Notes: generated by a model from the sequence alone, not told the origin. Shown: positions 20,493-30,555, counted from the first letter of the stretch. The stretch: DNA of 64,000 nt from Alphaproteobacteria bacterium (GCA_045611705.1 JAZKXR010000007.1:2241-66240); one strand, 5' to 3'. Numbers and translations are program-made.

Positions 20493-21614
20493 ATGCTGCA
20501 AAAAAAAGAAGAAATAAGATTAAAAGGCGGTGTTGTAGAAAACATCAACATGGCTTATGCTCAACTGATGGTGCGTTTACATGCCGAAGATCGCTTGGAA
20601 ATGTATCGTAAATTATCGGCTCTTTTGAAAAACCGATTTTCTTTGATGGATGCGTTGGAAAGATTGTATCAAATTGCATCAAAAGATGGTAAAAGTCCAT
20701 CGGATACGATGGCGATGGCGGTTGCCAACTGGATGACCAAAATCCGAAACGGTCAAACATTTTCTGAATCTTTACGTGGTTGGGCACCACAAAATGAATT
20801 GTTGCTGTTGTCTGTGGGTGATGTGGCGAATTTGGAATTAGCCCTGGAACACACAGTGCGTGTGGTGGAAGGTATGAACAAGATGCGTTCCTTGGTTTGG
20901 GGTGCAGTGGCATATCCTTTGTTTTTGTTGTGTATGGTGGCCTTGTTGATTTGGGGTGTGGCCAAATTCATGGTGCCACCGATGAAGGAAGCCGTGCCGA
21001 ATTTACAATGGAAAGGTGTGGCCAAAAGTTTGATTGATTTATCCAACTTTGTTGACCAACACCCGATATTATTGTTTGCCATTGTGCCGACAATCAGCAT
21101 ATGTGTAATGATTACATTTCCATATTGGAAAGGCTTGGGACGATCGACTTTTGATAAATTTCCGCCATGGTCCATTTATCGCGGTTTTGTTGGGGTCAGC
21201 TGGCTGTTGGCTCTGTCGGCTTTGGTGCGTGCAGGTATGCCGGTTTCCAAGGCTGTGCGTTCATTGATTGGTGATGATTCCAGCCCTTATTTAAAAAGCC
21301 GTTTAAACCGTGCTTTGATGTTTATCAGTAACGGTGATAACTTGGGTGAAGCGTTATATCATACCAAATATGGTTTCCCTGATGATGAAGTGATCGGCGA
21401 TTTGCGTATTTATGCGGAATTGGATACCTTTGCCGAAGCGTTGGAAAATTTGGCAAACGGTTGGTTGGAATCATCCGTTCGCACCATCGGGAAACAGGCG
21501 GAAATTTTAAACTCAATCGCTATTTTATCCATTGCCGGTGTTATCGGTTGGGTGGTTTGGGGAACCTTTGCCATGCAGGATCAAATGGTCAGCGGTATGG
21601 GCTTGGGCGGTTAG
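20493..21614 (+). CDS. GspF/PilC/TcpE-family polytopic platform protein
   Basis: Two GspF-like repeats with TM segments; 373 aa; RBS AAGGATGG. Confidence 0.7.
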   Translation: MLQKKEEIRLKGGVVENINMAYAQLMVRLHAEDRLEMYRKLSALLKNRFSLMDALERLYQIASKDGKSPSDTMAMAVANWMTKIRNGQTFSESLRGWAPQNELLLLSVGDVANLELALEHTVRVVEGMNKMRSLVWGAVAYPLFLLCMVALLIWGVAKFMVPPMKEAVPNLQWKGVAKSLIDLSNFVDQHPILLFAIVPTISICVMITFPYWKGLGRSTFDKFPPWSIYRGFVGVSWLLALSALVRAGMPVSKAVRSLIGDDSSPYLKSRLNRALMFISNGDNLGEALYHTKYGFPDDEVIGDLRIYAELDTFAEALENLANGWLESSVRTIGKQAEILNSIAILSIAGVIGWVVWGTFAMQDQMVSGMGLGG

Positions 21615-21790
21615 GCCGGTTTGGCATTGCCGATATTTAAGGCACAAACATCCAAAACGTTTTTGATTTTTGAAACAACTTTATCGTCTTTGTTGTTGGG
21701 GGTAATGGCGGTTAAAACGCTGGCCCCCGTCACAATAGATGTTAAAGCGGTGATAAAGTCATAAAAATGATTGATGATAAAGTTTAACAT
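21611..21790 (-). CDS. 59-aa small membrane protein (holin/antiholin-like candidate)
   Basis: MLNFIINHFYDFITALTSIVTGASVLTAITP...; its stop overlaps the pilR-like stop by 4 nt. Below the 60-aa cutoff of the ORF track. Confidence 0.3.
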   Translation of the reverse strand: MLNFIINHFYDFITALTSIVTGASVLTAITPNNKDDKVVSKIKNVLDVCALNIGNAKPA

Positions 21791-21799
21791 TTAATTCTC

Positions 21800-22081
21800 C
21801 TATTTTAAAATAAGGTTTAACAAAGCCATAATCAGGGCAGTGCCTGTTGTGGCCACGATAATGGTAATTAAATTTTTAATTGGCGTAATTTCATTTTTCA
21901 AAACAAACTCTTGTTTTAAATTGGCATACAGTGTGTCAACCTGTTGTTTTATTTCACCAAGTTGTTGTTGCAACAATGAAACAGACGCCATTAATTTGCC
22001 GATTTCTATGGATAAGCTGGGGGCGGGCATATCAGACTCCTTAAACATCTTTATAAAATAAATGATTGCCGATTTGGGCAC
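21800..22081 (-). CDS. small coiled-coil protein with C-terminal TM (holin/spanin-like candidate)
   Basis: C-terminal hydrophobic ITIIVATTGTALIMALLNLIL; immediately downstream of the lysin. Confidence 0.3.
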   Translation of the reverse strand: MPKSAIIYFIKMFKESDMPAPSLSIEIGKLMASVSLLQQQLGEIKQQVDTLYANLKQEFVLKNEITPIKNLITIIVATTGTALIMALLNLILK

Positions 22082-22445
22082 ATGGGATTAAATGTCTGGC
22101 CCACAGGGGATGACATTCAAAAGCATGATAATGTGTGGCCCCGTTTGTGTTATCCGTCAATACACCGGCCAAAGCTCTTTTAACAATTCTTTGGCAAATT
22201 TGATAAACGGGATTTTCGGATAAATCGCTTGTTAAAATTTTGTAATTGACATCATTGTGATTCCAACATGAAAATTGTTTGGGCTTTAAACATACTTCGC
22301 GGATGTTTTTGCCCCACCACATCGGATGGATCAGATTCATTTTGACACGATTTAAAATAACATTGGCAATGGCTTCTTGACCGGCCAAGGATTCGCCACG
22401 GGCTTCACCGTAAATTGTTTTGGCAAAGATTTCTTCTTCTGTCAT
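22041..22445 (-). CDS. SleB/CwlJ-family cell-wall hydrolase (phage lysin)
   Basis: TIYGEARGES...ANVILNR motif of the Hydrolase_2 family. Confidence 0.75.
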   Translation of the reverse strand: MTEEEIFAKTIYGEARGESLAGQEAIANVILNRVKMNLIHPMWWGKNIREVCLKPKQFSCWNHNDVNYKILTSDLSENPVYQICQRIVKRALAGVLTDNTNGATHYHAFECHPLWARHLIPCAQIGNHLFYKDV

Positions 22446-22457
22446 TTATTATTCTCC

Positions 22458-23849
22458 TTATCGCCACAATGGGCGTTGTTTATAAAAAAGCGGTAATGTT
22501 TTCAAACGAACAGGTTCACTCAATAAACATCCCGCCACGGCATCCAAACCGTCATCATGGGTATTGCCTGATGTGTTAAAGTCTTGCATTTCGCGAATAA
22601 AAGGTGTTTTTAAAACACTTTCGTGGGCATATAGGTTACCGTTTAAAAGCGGTGGTTCTATGGCCCCTAAAATGCGTTCGGTTTTGTTTTGTCGGGCTGT
22701 TTCTTCCAATACGGCCACAGCCATACGTTGGCGGGATAATTCCTGACGTAGCAAGGCCGGTAAAAATCGCCCGATACCGTTTGTTTCCAAATGAATGGCC
22801 GGCAACATTAAATCTTTTAAAAACTGAACAACCTTTTGACATTGATAAGAGGTGGCTTCTTCATTTTCAGGAACAGTTAGATATAATAATTGATGAATAT
22901 AATAAAAACCATTTGCATCCGAAAAAACACCCGCCACGACACTTTTATCGCCACCGACTTTACCAAAGGCTGGATCCCACCAGGCACATCCCGAAACTAA
23001 TTGATGTTCGTTTAATTTTAAGACAGCCTGACCATTGGCTTCGGTGTAATCCAAATCATCCGAATAAATTTTTAATTTTCTTTCATCCAAGCGTTGTTTA
23101 TCAAAGGCGACCGCCTCTAACATCATTTGGCTTAAAAATTTAAAACGAGGAGTTGTTCTTTTAATTTGATTTATTTTATCCACAGAAAATCGTTCGGGCC
23201 AAGTGGCCAAGCCTGATGCATCCATAATCGGTAATTTTAAAAGCTTCCAATTTGGTTGATTGTAAATACTTTGGCGTGTATGGGGTGTGCCGATATACAA
23301 AATCAATCCATCGGGTGATAGGATATAATCCAATTCGGCCAGTTTTTGTTTTAAATCTTCACGTTTGCCGGCTGTATCACATGTTTTGGGTACTTCCACA
23401 TCATCACATAAAATGATATCAGCCCGACACCCTGTGATGTTGGCGCTTAAGCCACGTGCCAAAACGGACGGATCACGACCACCGGCAGGACGTTGAACGG
23501 TCAGTTTATCACCGGCCCATTCTTCGGCCTTTTCTGGTTTTAATCCTTGACACAGAGGATGGCGTTCCAAAATATGTTTGATATGACGCACCATTTTTTG
23601 TGCCAAGGCGTGATCGGCCGATAAGACCAATAATCTTAAATTGGGATTTTGCGTTAAAACCCACGCACAAAACAAACCGACAATGGTTGATTTTCCTGAA
23701 TTTCGAAAGGCCATTAAAACGGCCTGTCTGCGTCCTTGTGAAAAATAAAGTTCGGATAAAAAACGACCCATTATCTTATGGTGATTTGGTATGGATAAAT
23801 TTTGTATTTTATCCCAAATCCATACGAATTCCAGAAATGTCGTTTTCAT
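22458..23849 (-). CDS. phage terminase large subunit
   Basis: Walker A MAFRNSGKST near the N-terminus; C-terminal nuclease-like region with acidic residues; position after the structural genes. Confidence 0.75.
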   Translation of the reverse strand: MKTTFLEFVWIWDKIQNLSIPNHHKIMGRFLSELYFSQGRRQAVLMAFRNSGKSTIVGLFCAWVLTQNPNLRLLVLSADHALAQKMVRHIKHILERHPLCQGLKPEKAEEWAGDKLTVQRPAGGRDPSVLARGLSANITGCRADIILCDDVEVPKTCDTAGKREDLKQKLAELDYILSPDGLILYIGTPHTRQSIYNQPNWKLLKLPIMDASGLATWPERFSVDKINQIKRTTPRFKFLSQMMLEAVAFDKQRLDERKLKIYSDDLDYTEANGQAVLKLNEHQLVSGCAWWDPAFGKVGGDKSVVAGVFSDANGFYYIHQLLYLTVPENEEATSYQCQKVVQFLKDLMLPAIHLETNGIGRFLPALLRQELSRQRMAVAVLEETARQNKTERILGAIEPPLLNGNLYAHESVLKTPFIREMQDFNTSGNTHDDGLDAVAGCLLSEPVRLKTLPLFYKQRPLWR

Positions 23850-24099
23850 CTTTTAAATCCTCTTTGGCCTGATGAATTAAATCCAATAAATCGGTTTGAA
23901 TGGTCGGTTGTTTTTTTGGGGCTATATCCAAAATTTTAATCAACAAAGCAATGTGCAATAATGCTGATTTACATGCACTGTGATAGGCATTAAAATCTTT
24001 GGCATTCATGGGGCAATCGGCATTGGCAAAGGATTGATATGTTTGAACGGCTTTTTCCAAAAAAGGTTTCATTTTTTTCAGATAGGCCTTCATACGCAC
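23809..24099 (-). CDS. small phage protein (possible small terminase subunit)
   Basis: 96 aa, immediately 5' of and overlapping the large terminase, as with T7 gp18. Confidence 0.25.
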   Translation of the reverse strand: MRMKAYLKKMKPFLEKAVQTYQSFANADCPMNAKDFNAYHSACKSALLHIALLIKILDIAPKKQPTIQTDLLDLIHQAKEDLKDENDISGIRMDLG

Positions 24100-24576
24100 C
24101 TACTTAATCATTGTTCGGCTGATACCGCTGGCTAAATCACCCAAAGTGCCATACATATTATTTTGGCTGGCCTGATTGATGCTGTTTAATTTTAACAGAT
24201 TTGTCCCAGTGCTGTGATTCAAACTGTTTAACAGGGCATCTGATGATATTTTGGCCTGGTTAACCAAGTATTTATCCTCCATATCATATTCCCTTTGCAT
24301 AGCGTTTAAATAAGTTTGCCCTGTTCCGGATTGACCGGATAATCCCGATGCTCCTAGTTTAGCTTTATAGCTGGCCTGTTGTTGTGCCAACAGATTTTTA
24401 TTTTTTCGTTGTCTTTCGTTTAAAGCCAAACGTGCCTGTTTGTCCTGTAAAGCGGCCTGTTCGGCGGCATAGGCATTGGATCGTTTGATGGCTTTTTTTT
24501 GACGATCGGCATTGGCTTTTGTATAATAGGCCGACCCCAAGATTGAAACGACTGTGGCAATGACTGCTGCTTCCAT
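24100..24576 (-). CDS. small virion/internal protein-like (N-terminal TM, Q/A-rich)
   Basis: N-terminal hydrophobic helix; lies between the gp12-like and terminase genes, where T7 has gp13 to gp16. Confidence 0.3.
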   Translation of the reverse strand: MEAAVIATVVSILGSAYYTKANADRQKKAIKRSNAYAAEQAALQDKQARLALNERQRKNKNLLAQQQASYKAKLGASGLSGQSGTGQTYLNAMQREYDMEDKYLVNQAKISSDALLNSLNHSTGTNLLKLNSINQASQNNMYGTLGDLASGISRTMIK

Positions 24577-24577
24577 A

Positions 24578-26503
24578 TTATCCTCCTATTTTAATATCAC
24601 TGATAACCGAAACCAATTGAAAAGGCAGAGGTTGGTTGCCTTGAATAATCCACAACGGTTCGGTTGGATTTCTTTTCCATCCCAATCCCCGCACAATAAT
24701 GTCTGATGTTTTGGTGATGGGGGCACTGTCCAAAATGTAATTATTCAGGCTTTCATTTATTTCCTGATGCAATCCGCAACCGGTATCAATTTCAAAACTT
24801 TTTGTGTTGATTAAACGGAATACGCCTCTGACAAATCGACATGATGCCACGGGTGCAGAACCATTACTGGCGCCGGCTGCGATGGGCAGTGGGACAATTT
24901 TGTGTGCAAAAGACAATCCGTATTGTAATCTTTGTGCATTGACATTTAACCGAACCGTTCCGTTTGAAATATCTTGATTTTCCTGAACACGTCCATCGGC
25001 CAATAATTGCACATTCCATCCGTTTAAATAATCTAAACCGTCCCAATCCATTTGAGGCGTTTGGCTTGTTTGATTTTGGGCCAAATCCATATACAATTCA
25101 TCATCCATTTTTTCCAAATAAAATTTATCTTTTCTTTGTGTGATGAAATAAGTGTATTTTCCCGAAATAGTGACACTTAAAAATTTACCTTGCGTTTTAT
25201 GGCGTGTCCAACTTTGGATATCTTCACTGCGAAAACTGGTTAAAGAACTCATGGAACCATCCTGCATGATGATATAGGCCTGACGTTGATATTTATCATA
25301 GGCCATATCCACCGGATGATTGATGACATGGTGGGCCAGTAAAGATAAATCGGTGGCCTGGTAGATACCTTCTAAATCCGAAAATAAAAATTCACGGATT
25401 TCTTTGCCGTTGGCACTGGCAAAAATAGTGGCACCGTCAATGCCCACCGGTGGAACATAATTTTCATCGGGTGATCCCACCTGAGTTTGACGATGCAGTT
25501 GAATGGATTCAGGGGTTAAAGGATTGCCCGATACCATCCATTCGGCACCGGTTGTAAAAACCTGTAAGTGCCGACCAGAAAACAAGGCGGTGATTTTATT
25601 TGCCTGATTGGACATCAACGAAAAACAGATGGCTTCGTTATCCAGAGCCGTTCCTTCTTCAAAGTTACCCAAGTCATTACTTTGGCTGAACCATAACGTA
25701 TTGGGTAAACTTTTGGAGCCGCCAAAAACCAATCGGGATTGATAAGTGGTAACCGTTGACGGCCAACCGCGTTCATCACTCCATGCGACTTCGCCCCAAT
25801 ATCTTGTGGCTTCTAATTTTGTTTCTTGTGTGCTGTCTTCATCATCCAACAGTTTTTTTAAAACGGTTGCATTGGCATGTTGGTTATCAGTGACGGCTGT
25901 GATTTTGACATAGCCGGCACCTAATTTGAAAACTTGATTCAAATGTTTGCTTTCAAACAAAGGTGCATCGGCCGTTAAAGTAACCGAATCCAAACATCCG
26001 CTGGATGAAATGGATATGTTTTTATCATTAAAGCGGTGATAGGGGATATGCATATATCCGTTTTGGTTTAAAAATTCAAAGCTTTTTATTTGCCATTGAC
26101 CGTTATCCAATTTGATATGTTGCGGGGTAAAATCGGGATGCACGATAATCACGCCATCCGATAAACATGCCCAACGAATTTGGCGAATATCTTCATCATC
26201 CCAAGGTGTTGTGAGGGTGCTAATCAAAATATCGTTTTGAAAAATCTTTGTTTGATTATTTTGTATAACCAATAAATAAGTATGCGAACTATCTTGCTCA
26301 TAACTGATTAAACGTCCTTTTGTTTGTAATTCAAAAATGTATTTTAATCCGGGTCGGCGATGAACACCGCCGGTGGGTTCAATAAAAACATTTTCCAAAA
26401 TTTGTGCACCATTATGATAGCTGGTTAAATCCACCCGTCCCAACAAATCGGGCGACAATTCACCGGCCGTAAAATTTGTTTTGGCGGTAAATATATTTGT
26501 CAT
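24578..26503 (-). CDS. tail tubular protein B-like (T7 gp12 position)
   Basis: 641 aa; start overlaps the gp11-like stop (ATGA); T7 synteny position. Confidence 0.45.
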   Translation of the reverse strand: MTNIFTAKTNFTAGELSPDLLGRVDLTSYHNGAQILENVFIEPTGGVHRRPGLKYIFELQTKGRLISYEQDSSHTYLLVIQNNQTKIFQNDILISTLTTPWDDEDIRQIRWACLSDGVIIVHPDFTPQHIKLDNGQWQIKSFEFLNQNGYMHIPYHRFNDKNISISSSGCLDSVTLTADAPLFESKHLNQVFKLGAGYVKITAVTDNQHANATVLKKLLDDEDSTQETKLEATRYWGEVAWSDERGWPSTVTTYQSRLVFGGSKSLPNTLWFSQSNDLGNFEEGTALDNEAICFSLMSNQANKITALFSGRHLQVFTTGAEWMVSGNPLTPESIQLHRQTQVGSPDENYVPPVGIDGATIFASANGKEIREFLFSDLEGIYQATDLSLLAHHVINHPVDMAYDKYQRQAYIIMQDGSMSSLTSFRSEDIQSWTRHKTQGKFLSVTISGKYTYFITQRKDKFYLEKMDDELYMDLAQNQTSQTPQMDWDGLDYLNGWNVQLLADGRVQENQDISNGTVRLNVNAQRLQYGLSFAHKIVPLPIAAGASNGSAPVASCRFVRGVFRLINTKSFEIDTGCGLHQEINESLNNYILDSAPITKTSDIIVRGLGWKRNPTEPLWIIQGNQPLPFQLVSVISDIKIGG

Positions 26504-27072
26504 GTGCGTACCTCAATCAAAGAAAAATCCTGAAAACAGGGGTTTGTGGATTGTTGCGAATCCACCAATCTGGCCTGTTTTAATTCTTCGGCGGCAATTT
26601 TACGCATATAATCCGTGCGTGTTGTGCTTTCGGTTAAAGGCAGACAAAATTCGCTGGCCAATTGGGTGATAAAGGCCTTTACAAAAAAAGGCGGAAAAGT
26701 GCTTTCATCGGGTTTTTCAATATAATTTAAAATGACTTCCGATGTATTGGCGTACAGGCATTTGCCCACGATTTTATATTGCAATCCCGAACTTTTGATA
26801 TTTTGTCCGGCCGATAAAATACGCAAACAATTATTTGGTAATTGAAAGGCGTATTGATAATCCGAAACAGGTTTATTTTCCAATCGGGCCAAACTTTTTT
26901 GTTTTAATGCAAAACGCCACGGATAGGATGCCAATAAGTTTTCCAAGGTCGGTTGATACAATTGGGATGCCACGGTGGCTTCACAGGATGTTTCATCAAA
27001 AGAAGAAATACTGTTGGCCCCCAATTCCACCAAAGCACGAGAGCATAAATCAATGTTTGTGTATGACATATT
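26500..27072 (-). CDS. tail tubular protein A (T7 gp11-like gatekeeper)
   Basis: N-terminal pattern LCSRALVELGANSISSFDETS...ASYPWRFA parallels T7 gp11 (NDILASIGEPPVSTLE...QSRGWTF). Start taken at MSYTNIDL. Confidence 0.6.
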   Translation of the reverse strand, partial: NMSYTNIDLCSRALVELGANSISSFDETSCEATVASQLYQPTLENLLASYPWRFALKQKSLARLENKPVSDYQYAFQLPNNCLRILSAGQNIKSSGLQYKIVGKCLYANTSEVILNYIEKPDESTFPPFFVKAFITQLASEFCLPLTESTTRTDYMRKIAAEELKQARLVDSQQSTNPCFQDFSLIEVRT

Positions 27073-27138
27073 GTTCCTTTTGTATGAAAAAATCCCCCTT
27101 GGGATAAAACCAAAGGGGGACAAATGGTAAAGATTTTT

Positions 27139-27996
27139 TTAGACGGCCTTATCCAAGCAAACCATTTTGACAACACCGTTGTCGTCAATCAGGCTGGCTC
27201 CTTGGCTCATCATGTTGTTCACATAATGGGCGGCATAATCGCCATGCCATGTAATATCGGTGGTGATGTCCTGACCGGCGGCCAAACCGACGGCTGATTT
27301 GTGATAGATAAAACAGCTTGTACAGGCTGAATCACCGGCACCTTCTGTGGGCAATCCAGTGTGCATAATCCAATTGATTCCCATCCATTTGCGTGTTTCG
27401 GAACCCGTCAACAACGGATGTGCATCACCCACATAGTTGGCATTTGAAAATTCGTCCAAGCTCAACAATTGATTCCATTGGGCCGGTCCCACCAAAGCAT
27501 AGCGTTCACCGTCATCGGGAACATTGGCAGTGTTGAGTTTTTGAAAGGCCTGCAAAATACGTTCTTTGGTCAAACCTGTTGATCCATCACCGGCAACTTG
27601 TGTGGCATTTTCTAAAACGGAAATAATCAATTCATCTGTTTTACGTCCCAAAGCATAGGCACCGGCTGTGGCCAAAACTTTACGTTCGTCATGGCCGACT
27701 TTTAATTCATCCAATTTGTCAATCCATTGGCCGGCATACCAATCGGACAAAGTGCATTCCACCGGTGCATGTGTAACAGCGGCGGGTGTCAATTGGGCAT
27801 TTCGGGATGATTTTTGGTTGGCTGTTTGGGTGCCGATAACCTGAAAGGTTGTGCTGGAACCTGTAATACCGCCTTTGAAACGAACGGTGTTGCGTAATTT
27901 TGATCCTTGTTGTTGATAGGCTGTGTGGACATCGGCTTCAAAATGTTTTACAAATGAAGCGTCAATTGTGTTTGAAGTTGTCATTATTTTCTCCAT
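27139..27996 (-). CDS. major capsid protein (T7 gp10-like)
   Basis: ASFVKHFEADVHTAYQQQGSKLRNTVRFKGGI...TFQVIG parallels T7 gp10 (LFLKVFGGEVLTAFARTS...FPVLG); C-terminal HKSAVG also matches. Confidence 0.7.
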   Translation of the reverse strand: MEKIMTTSNTIDASFVKHFEADVHTAYQQQGSKLRNTVRFKGGITGSSTTFQVIGTQTANQKSSRNAQLTPAAVTHAPVECTLSDWYAGQWIDKLDELKVGHDERKVLATAGAYALGRKTDELIISVLENATQVAGDGSTGLTKERILQAFQKLNTANVPDDGERYALVGPAQWNQLLSLDEFSNANYVGDAHPLLTGSETRKWMGINWIMHTGLPTEGAGDSACTSCFIYHKSAVGLAAGQDITTDITWHGDYAAHYVNNMMSQGASLIDDNGVVKMVCLDKAV

Positions 27997-28106
27997 ATAG
28001 TTTTAAGTTAAAAAATCCTTATCAAAGGTTGTGAAGAAAATCTTCGCCTTCATTCGGGCTGGTTAAGGTGCGGGGCACTGGGCTTATCCGCGAAACAAAA
28101 AAAGCT

Positions 28107-28793
28107 TTAACCGTATAAACGTTTAAAGCCTTTTTCAATACGGCCGACTAATTCGGGATCTTGATCTTTCCAATATTTTGGATCTTGCATTAATCGGCGT
28201 AAAGTTTTTTCATCATCCATAGGGTTGAGACGACTTTTACCTTTGATAATGGGTGATTCCTGTTTTTCCTGCATCATGCGGTAAAGGGTTAAAACACCGT
28301 CTTTTGTGGATGATAAAATTTCAAAAGTTTTTTGATCTAAATTTTTTTCACCCCATGCAGATAATTCACGGGCGACATTGTTAAAATGTTCGGCACCGCC
28401 AAATTCGTCCTCCAAGGCTTTTAATTCTTTATCACATCCGACTTGACGGGCAAAGTTTTCCAATTGGGGCAAAATAAAATCGGCCGCGATATCATAAACC
28501 CCTTGGACCTGTTCGTTTGTTAATCCCAATTCAAACAATCGTTTGTTAATGATTAAATCGGATACCAATAATGGGTCTTTTGGGGCAATTTTATAATCTT
28601 CGGCTTTATTTGGGATGGTACCGTTTTGTGTTTGTTTGGGGGCACTCATCTTTTTTTCCAAAGCCAAATAAGATTTTAACAATTCATCGGTATTTAATTT
28701 TCCTTCTTTGTTTAAAAATTTTTCGGGGATAGTGGGTGTTTCGTTGATTTGTTCACTCATAAATAATTCCTTTTGTTTAAGGTTGTTTTCCAT
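28107..28793 (-). CDS. scaffolding protein-like (acidic, helical)
   Basis: Position between the portal and capsid genes; charged helical composition. Confidence 0.45.
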   Translation of the reverse strand: MENNLKQKELFMSEQINETPTIPEKFLNKEGKLNTDELLKSYLALEKKMSAPKQTQNGTIPNKAEDYKIAPKDPLLVSDLIINKRLFELGLTNEQVQGVYDIAADFILPQLENFARQVGCDKELKALEDEFGGAEHFNNVARELSAWGEKNLDQKTFEILSSTKDGVLTLYRMMQEKQESPIIKGKSRLNPMDDEKTLRRLMQDPKYWKDQDPELVGRIEKGFKRLYG

Positions 28794-28974
28794 TTTGAAT
28801 TAAACGTTCCATTGTGGCAATCAGGGCACGTTGCCCTTCTAAATACCACAATTCCTGATTGGTGGCCTGTGGGGATAAAATACGGCCAGATATTTTTTGA
28901 CGCAAATAATTTAAAACGGTTTTGCCGTCAGTTGTTTGGGCCAATCTGGTAAAGGCGTGGGCAATACGAATCAT
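28777..28974 (-). CDS. hypothetical small phage protein
   Basis: 65-aa ORF overlapping both neighbours. Confidence 0.2.
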   Translation of the reverse strand: MIRIAHAFTRLAQTTDGKTVLNYLRQKISGRILSPQATNQELWYLEGQRALIATMERLIQNGKQP

Positions 28975-30437
28975 GGTGTACTTTCACTTGGTTGTAATTG
29001 AATAAAGTTAGCAGGCAATCCCATTTTTTCAGTCAGCCATTTCAACACTTCATTTTTGTTCATTTTGGCCAAAACATCATTACCCAGTCCGGCCACGGCG
29101 GATATCCATGTCAGTGCATTTTGTGCTTCTTTTTTGGATTGCATTTCGGCCCGTGGGGATTTATAGGTGATGTTTAATAACTGCCCGTCCAAAAAGATTT
29201 CGGGGATTTCGCCACGTTTGCGTAAAATACCGACAGCCCGTTCAATTAAAGGTGTTAATAATTCGGATTGCAAACGTCCATAGGTGGCACCCAAAATACG
29301 AATCATTTCTTCACTTCGTTCCAAAACTTCGGTGGCGGTCATTTTTGTTTCATCACAAACCGTCCCCAATTTATCGCCCAACATAGCATGACGGATGCGT
29401 TCACGTAAATCCTTGATAACCAATTGGGATACATCAAACTTGCCAGGGGCTTCCAAAGGTGTTAAACCTTTGGATCCGACGGCTTTTGGAATAATTGCAC
29501 CGGGGGTCAGATTGATGGTGGCGGGGTTGAGCACACCATCATCTTCGGCTAACCAGATACCTGTCACGGCAATCGTGGCGTTTTTCAAAATCAATTCCAC
29601 GACTTTGTTGGCTGTTTTAATATCGGGTAAAGCTTTCATGACAGGAGAACGCCCGTAAATTTCCCCCGGTGCTTTCAGCCAGCGGAAAGCGATAAACGGC
29701 GAAGTGGTGTAATGCGTTTCGCTCAGGAGGAAAGGTGACTCCTGATTATCGCCTGAGAATGACTGGCAATTGGGATCTGAAAAGCAAGTATAAGTATAAC
29801 CGCCTTTGGGGCAGGGGATTAAAGCTTCTATTACACGCAAAGGTGATTTATCATCCTTATCCCGTTTGGGTAATTTGTTGGTGCCGAATTTGGCAATAAA
29901 GGATTCTTCATCCATGGCAAAGCTTCTGAAAACTTTATCCAATTTACCGTTATTACCTTCGGCTAAACAGATTTCGTTTAGCGGAACGGCTGTAAATTTA
30001 AAGGCCGATGCTGAACCGATATCGCTTTGTTCAAATAATAAACAGGCTGTACCAACCGTAATTAAATCCAAATAACATTGATGGATTTCTGTTGAAAAGT
30101 TGGATCTGTCCAAATGCGATTGCAATGTGGCGGAAATTTTTTCCAAAGTCGGTGCGATTTGAATTTTTTCACCTGAGGATAATTCATCACCGGCATTTAA
30201 TTGAAACCATTGCACCCAAGGTGGCGTCAGCTCGCTCAACATTAAAGCGGCCAACTGATCTGTTGCATCCAAAGCGGTGGCATCATACAAATTGGCAATT
30301 TTGTTTGCGCTGGGTAAAAAGGTTGTTTGTCGTGTTGGTAGGGCATAGGCATAGCATTCTTGCCAAACCGATTCCCAATCAGACCGTTGTTGCACGGCCT
30401 GTTGATACATTTGATACAGTTTTTTGATATCGGACAT
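28971..30437 (-). CDS. portal (head-to-tail connector, T7 gp8-like)
   Basis: C-terminal region KMTATEVLERSEEMIRILGATYGRLQSELLTPLIERAVGIL parallels T7 gp8 (RVTAEEIRYVASELEDTLGGVYSILSQELQLPLVRVLLKQL). Start at MSDIKK with AAGGAG RBS. Confidence 0.7.
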   Translation of the reverse strand: MSDIKKLYQMYQQAVQQRSDWESVWQECYAYALPTRQTTFLPSANKIANLYDATALDATDQLAALMLSELTPPWVQWFQLNAGDELSSGEKIQIAPTLEKISATLQSHLDRSNFSTEIHQCYLDLITVGTACLLFEQSDIGSASAFKFTAVPLNEICLAEGNNGKLDKVFRSFAMDEESFIAKFGTNKLPKRDKDDKSPLRVIEALIPCPKGGYTYTCFSDPNCQSFSGDNQESPFLLSETHYTTSPFIAFRWLKAPGEIYGRSPVMKALPDIKTANKVVELILKNATIAVTGIWLAEDDGVLNPATINLTPGAIIPKAVGSKGLTPLEAPGKFDVSQLVIKDLRERIRHAMLGDKLGTVCDETKMTATEVLERSEEMIRILGATYGRLQSELLTPLIERAVGILRKRGEIPEIFLDGQLLNITYKSPRAEMQSKKEAQNALTWISAVAGLGNDVLAKMNKNEVLKWLTEKMGLPANFIQLQPSESTP

Positions 30438-30555
30438 TTTTTCTCCTTTGGGTTGATTGCAACTAAAAATAGAAAAAAGGACCTTTCGTAAAACGAAAAG
30501 TCCCTTTGGATACACTTCTATCTTTTAATTGATTTGCATTATATCATAAATTTTT

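Larger units (their letters stand above)
13072..21614 (+). other. type IVb pilus-like (Tcp/R64 thin-pilus-like) machinery operon lacking prepilin and prepilin peptidase genes
   Basis: Co-linear, tightly packed genes for an OmpA-like protein, TcpQ-like protein, secretin, PilO-like, PilP-like, ATPase and platform protein. Confidence 0.6.
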
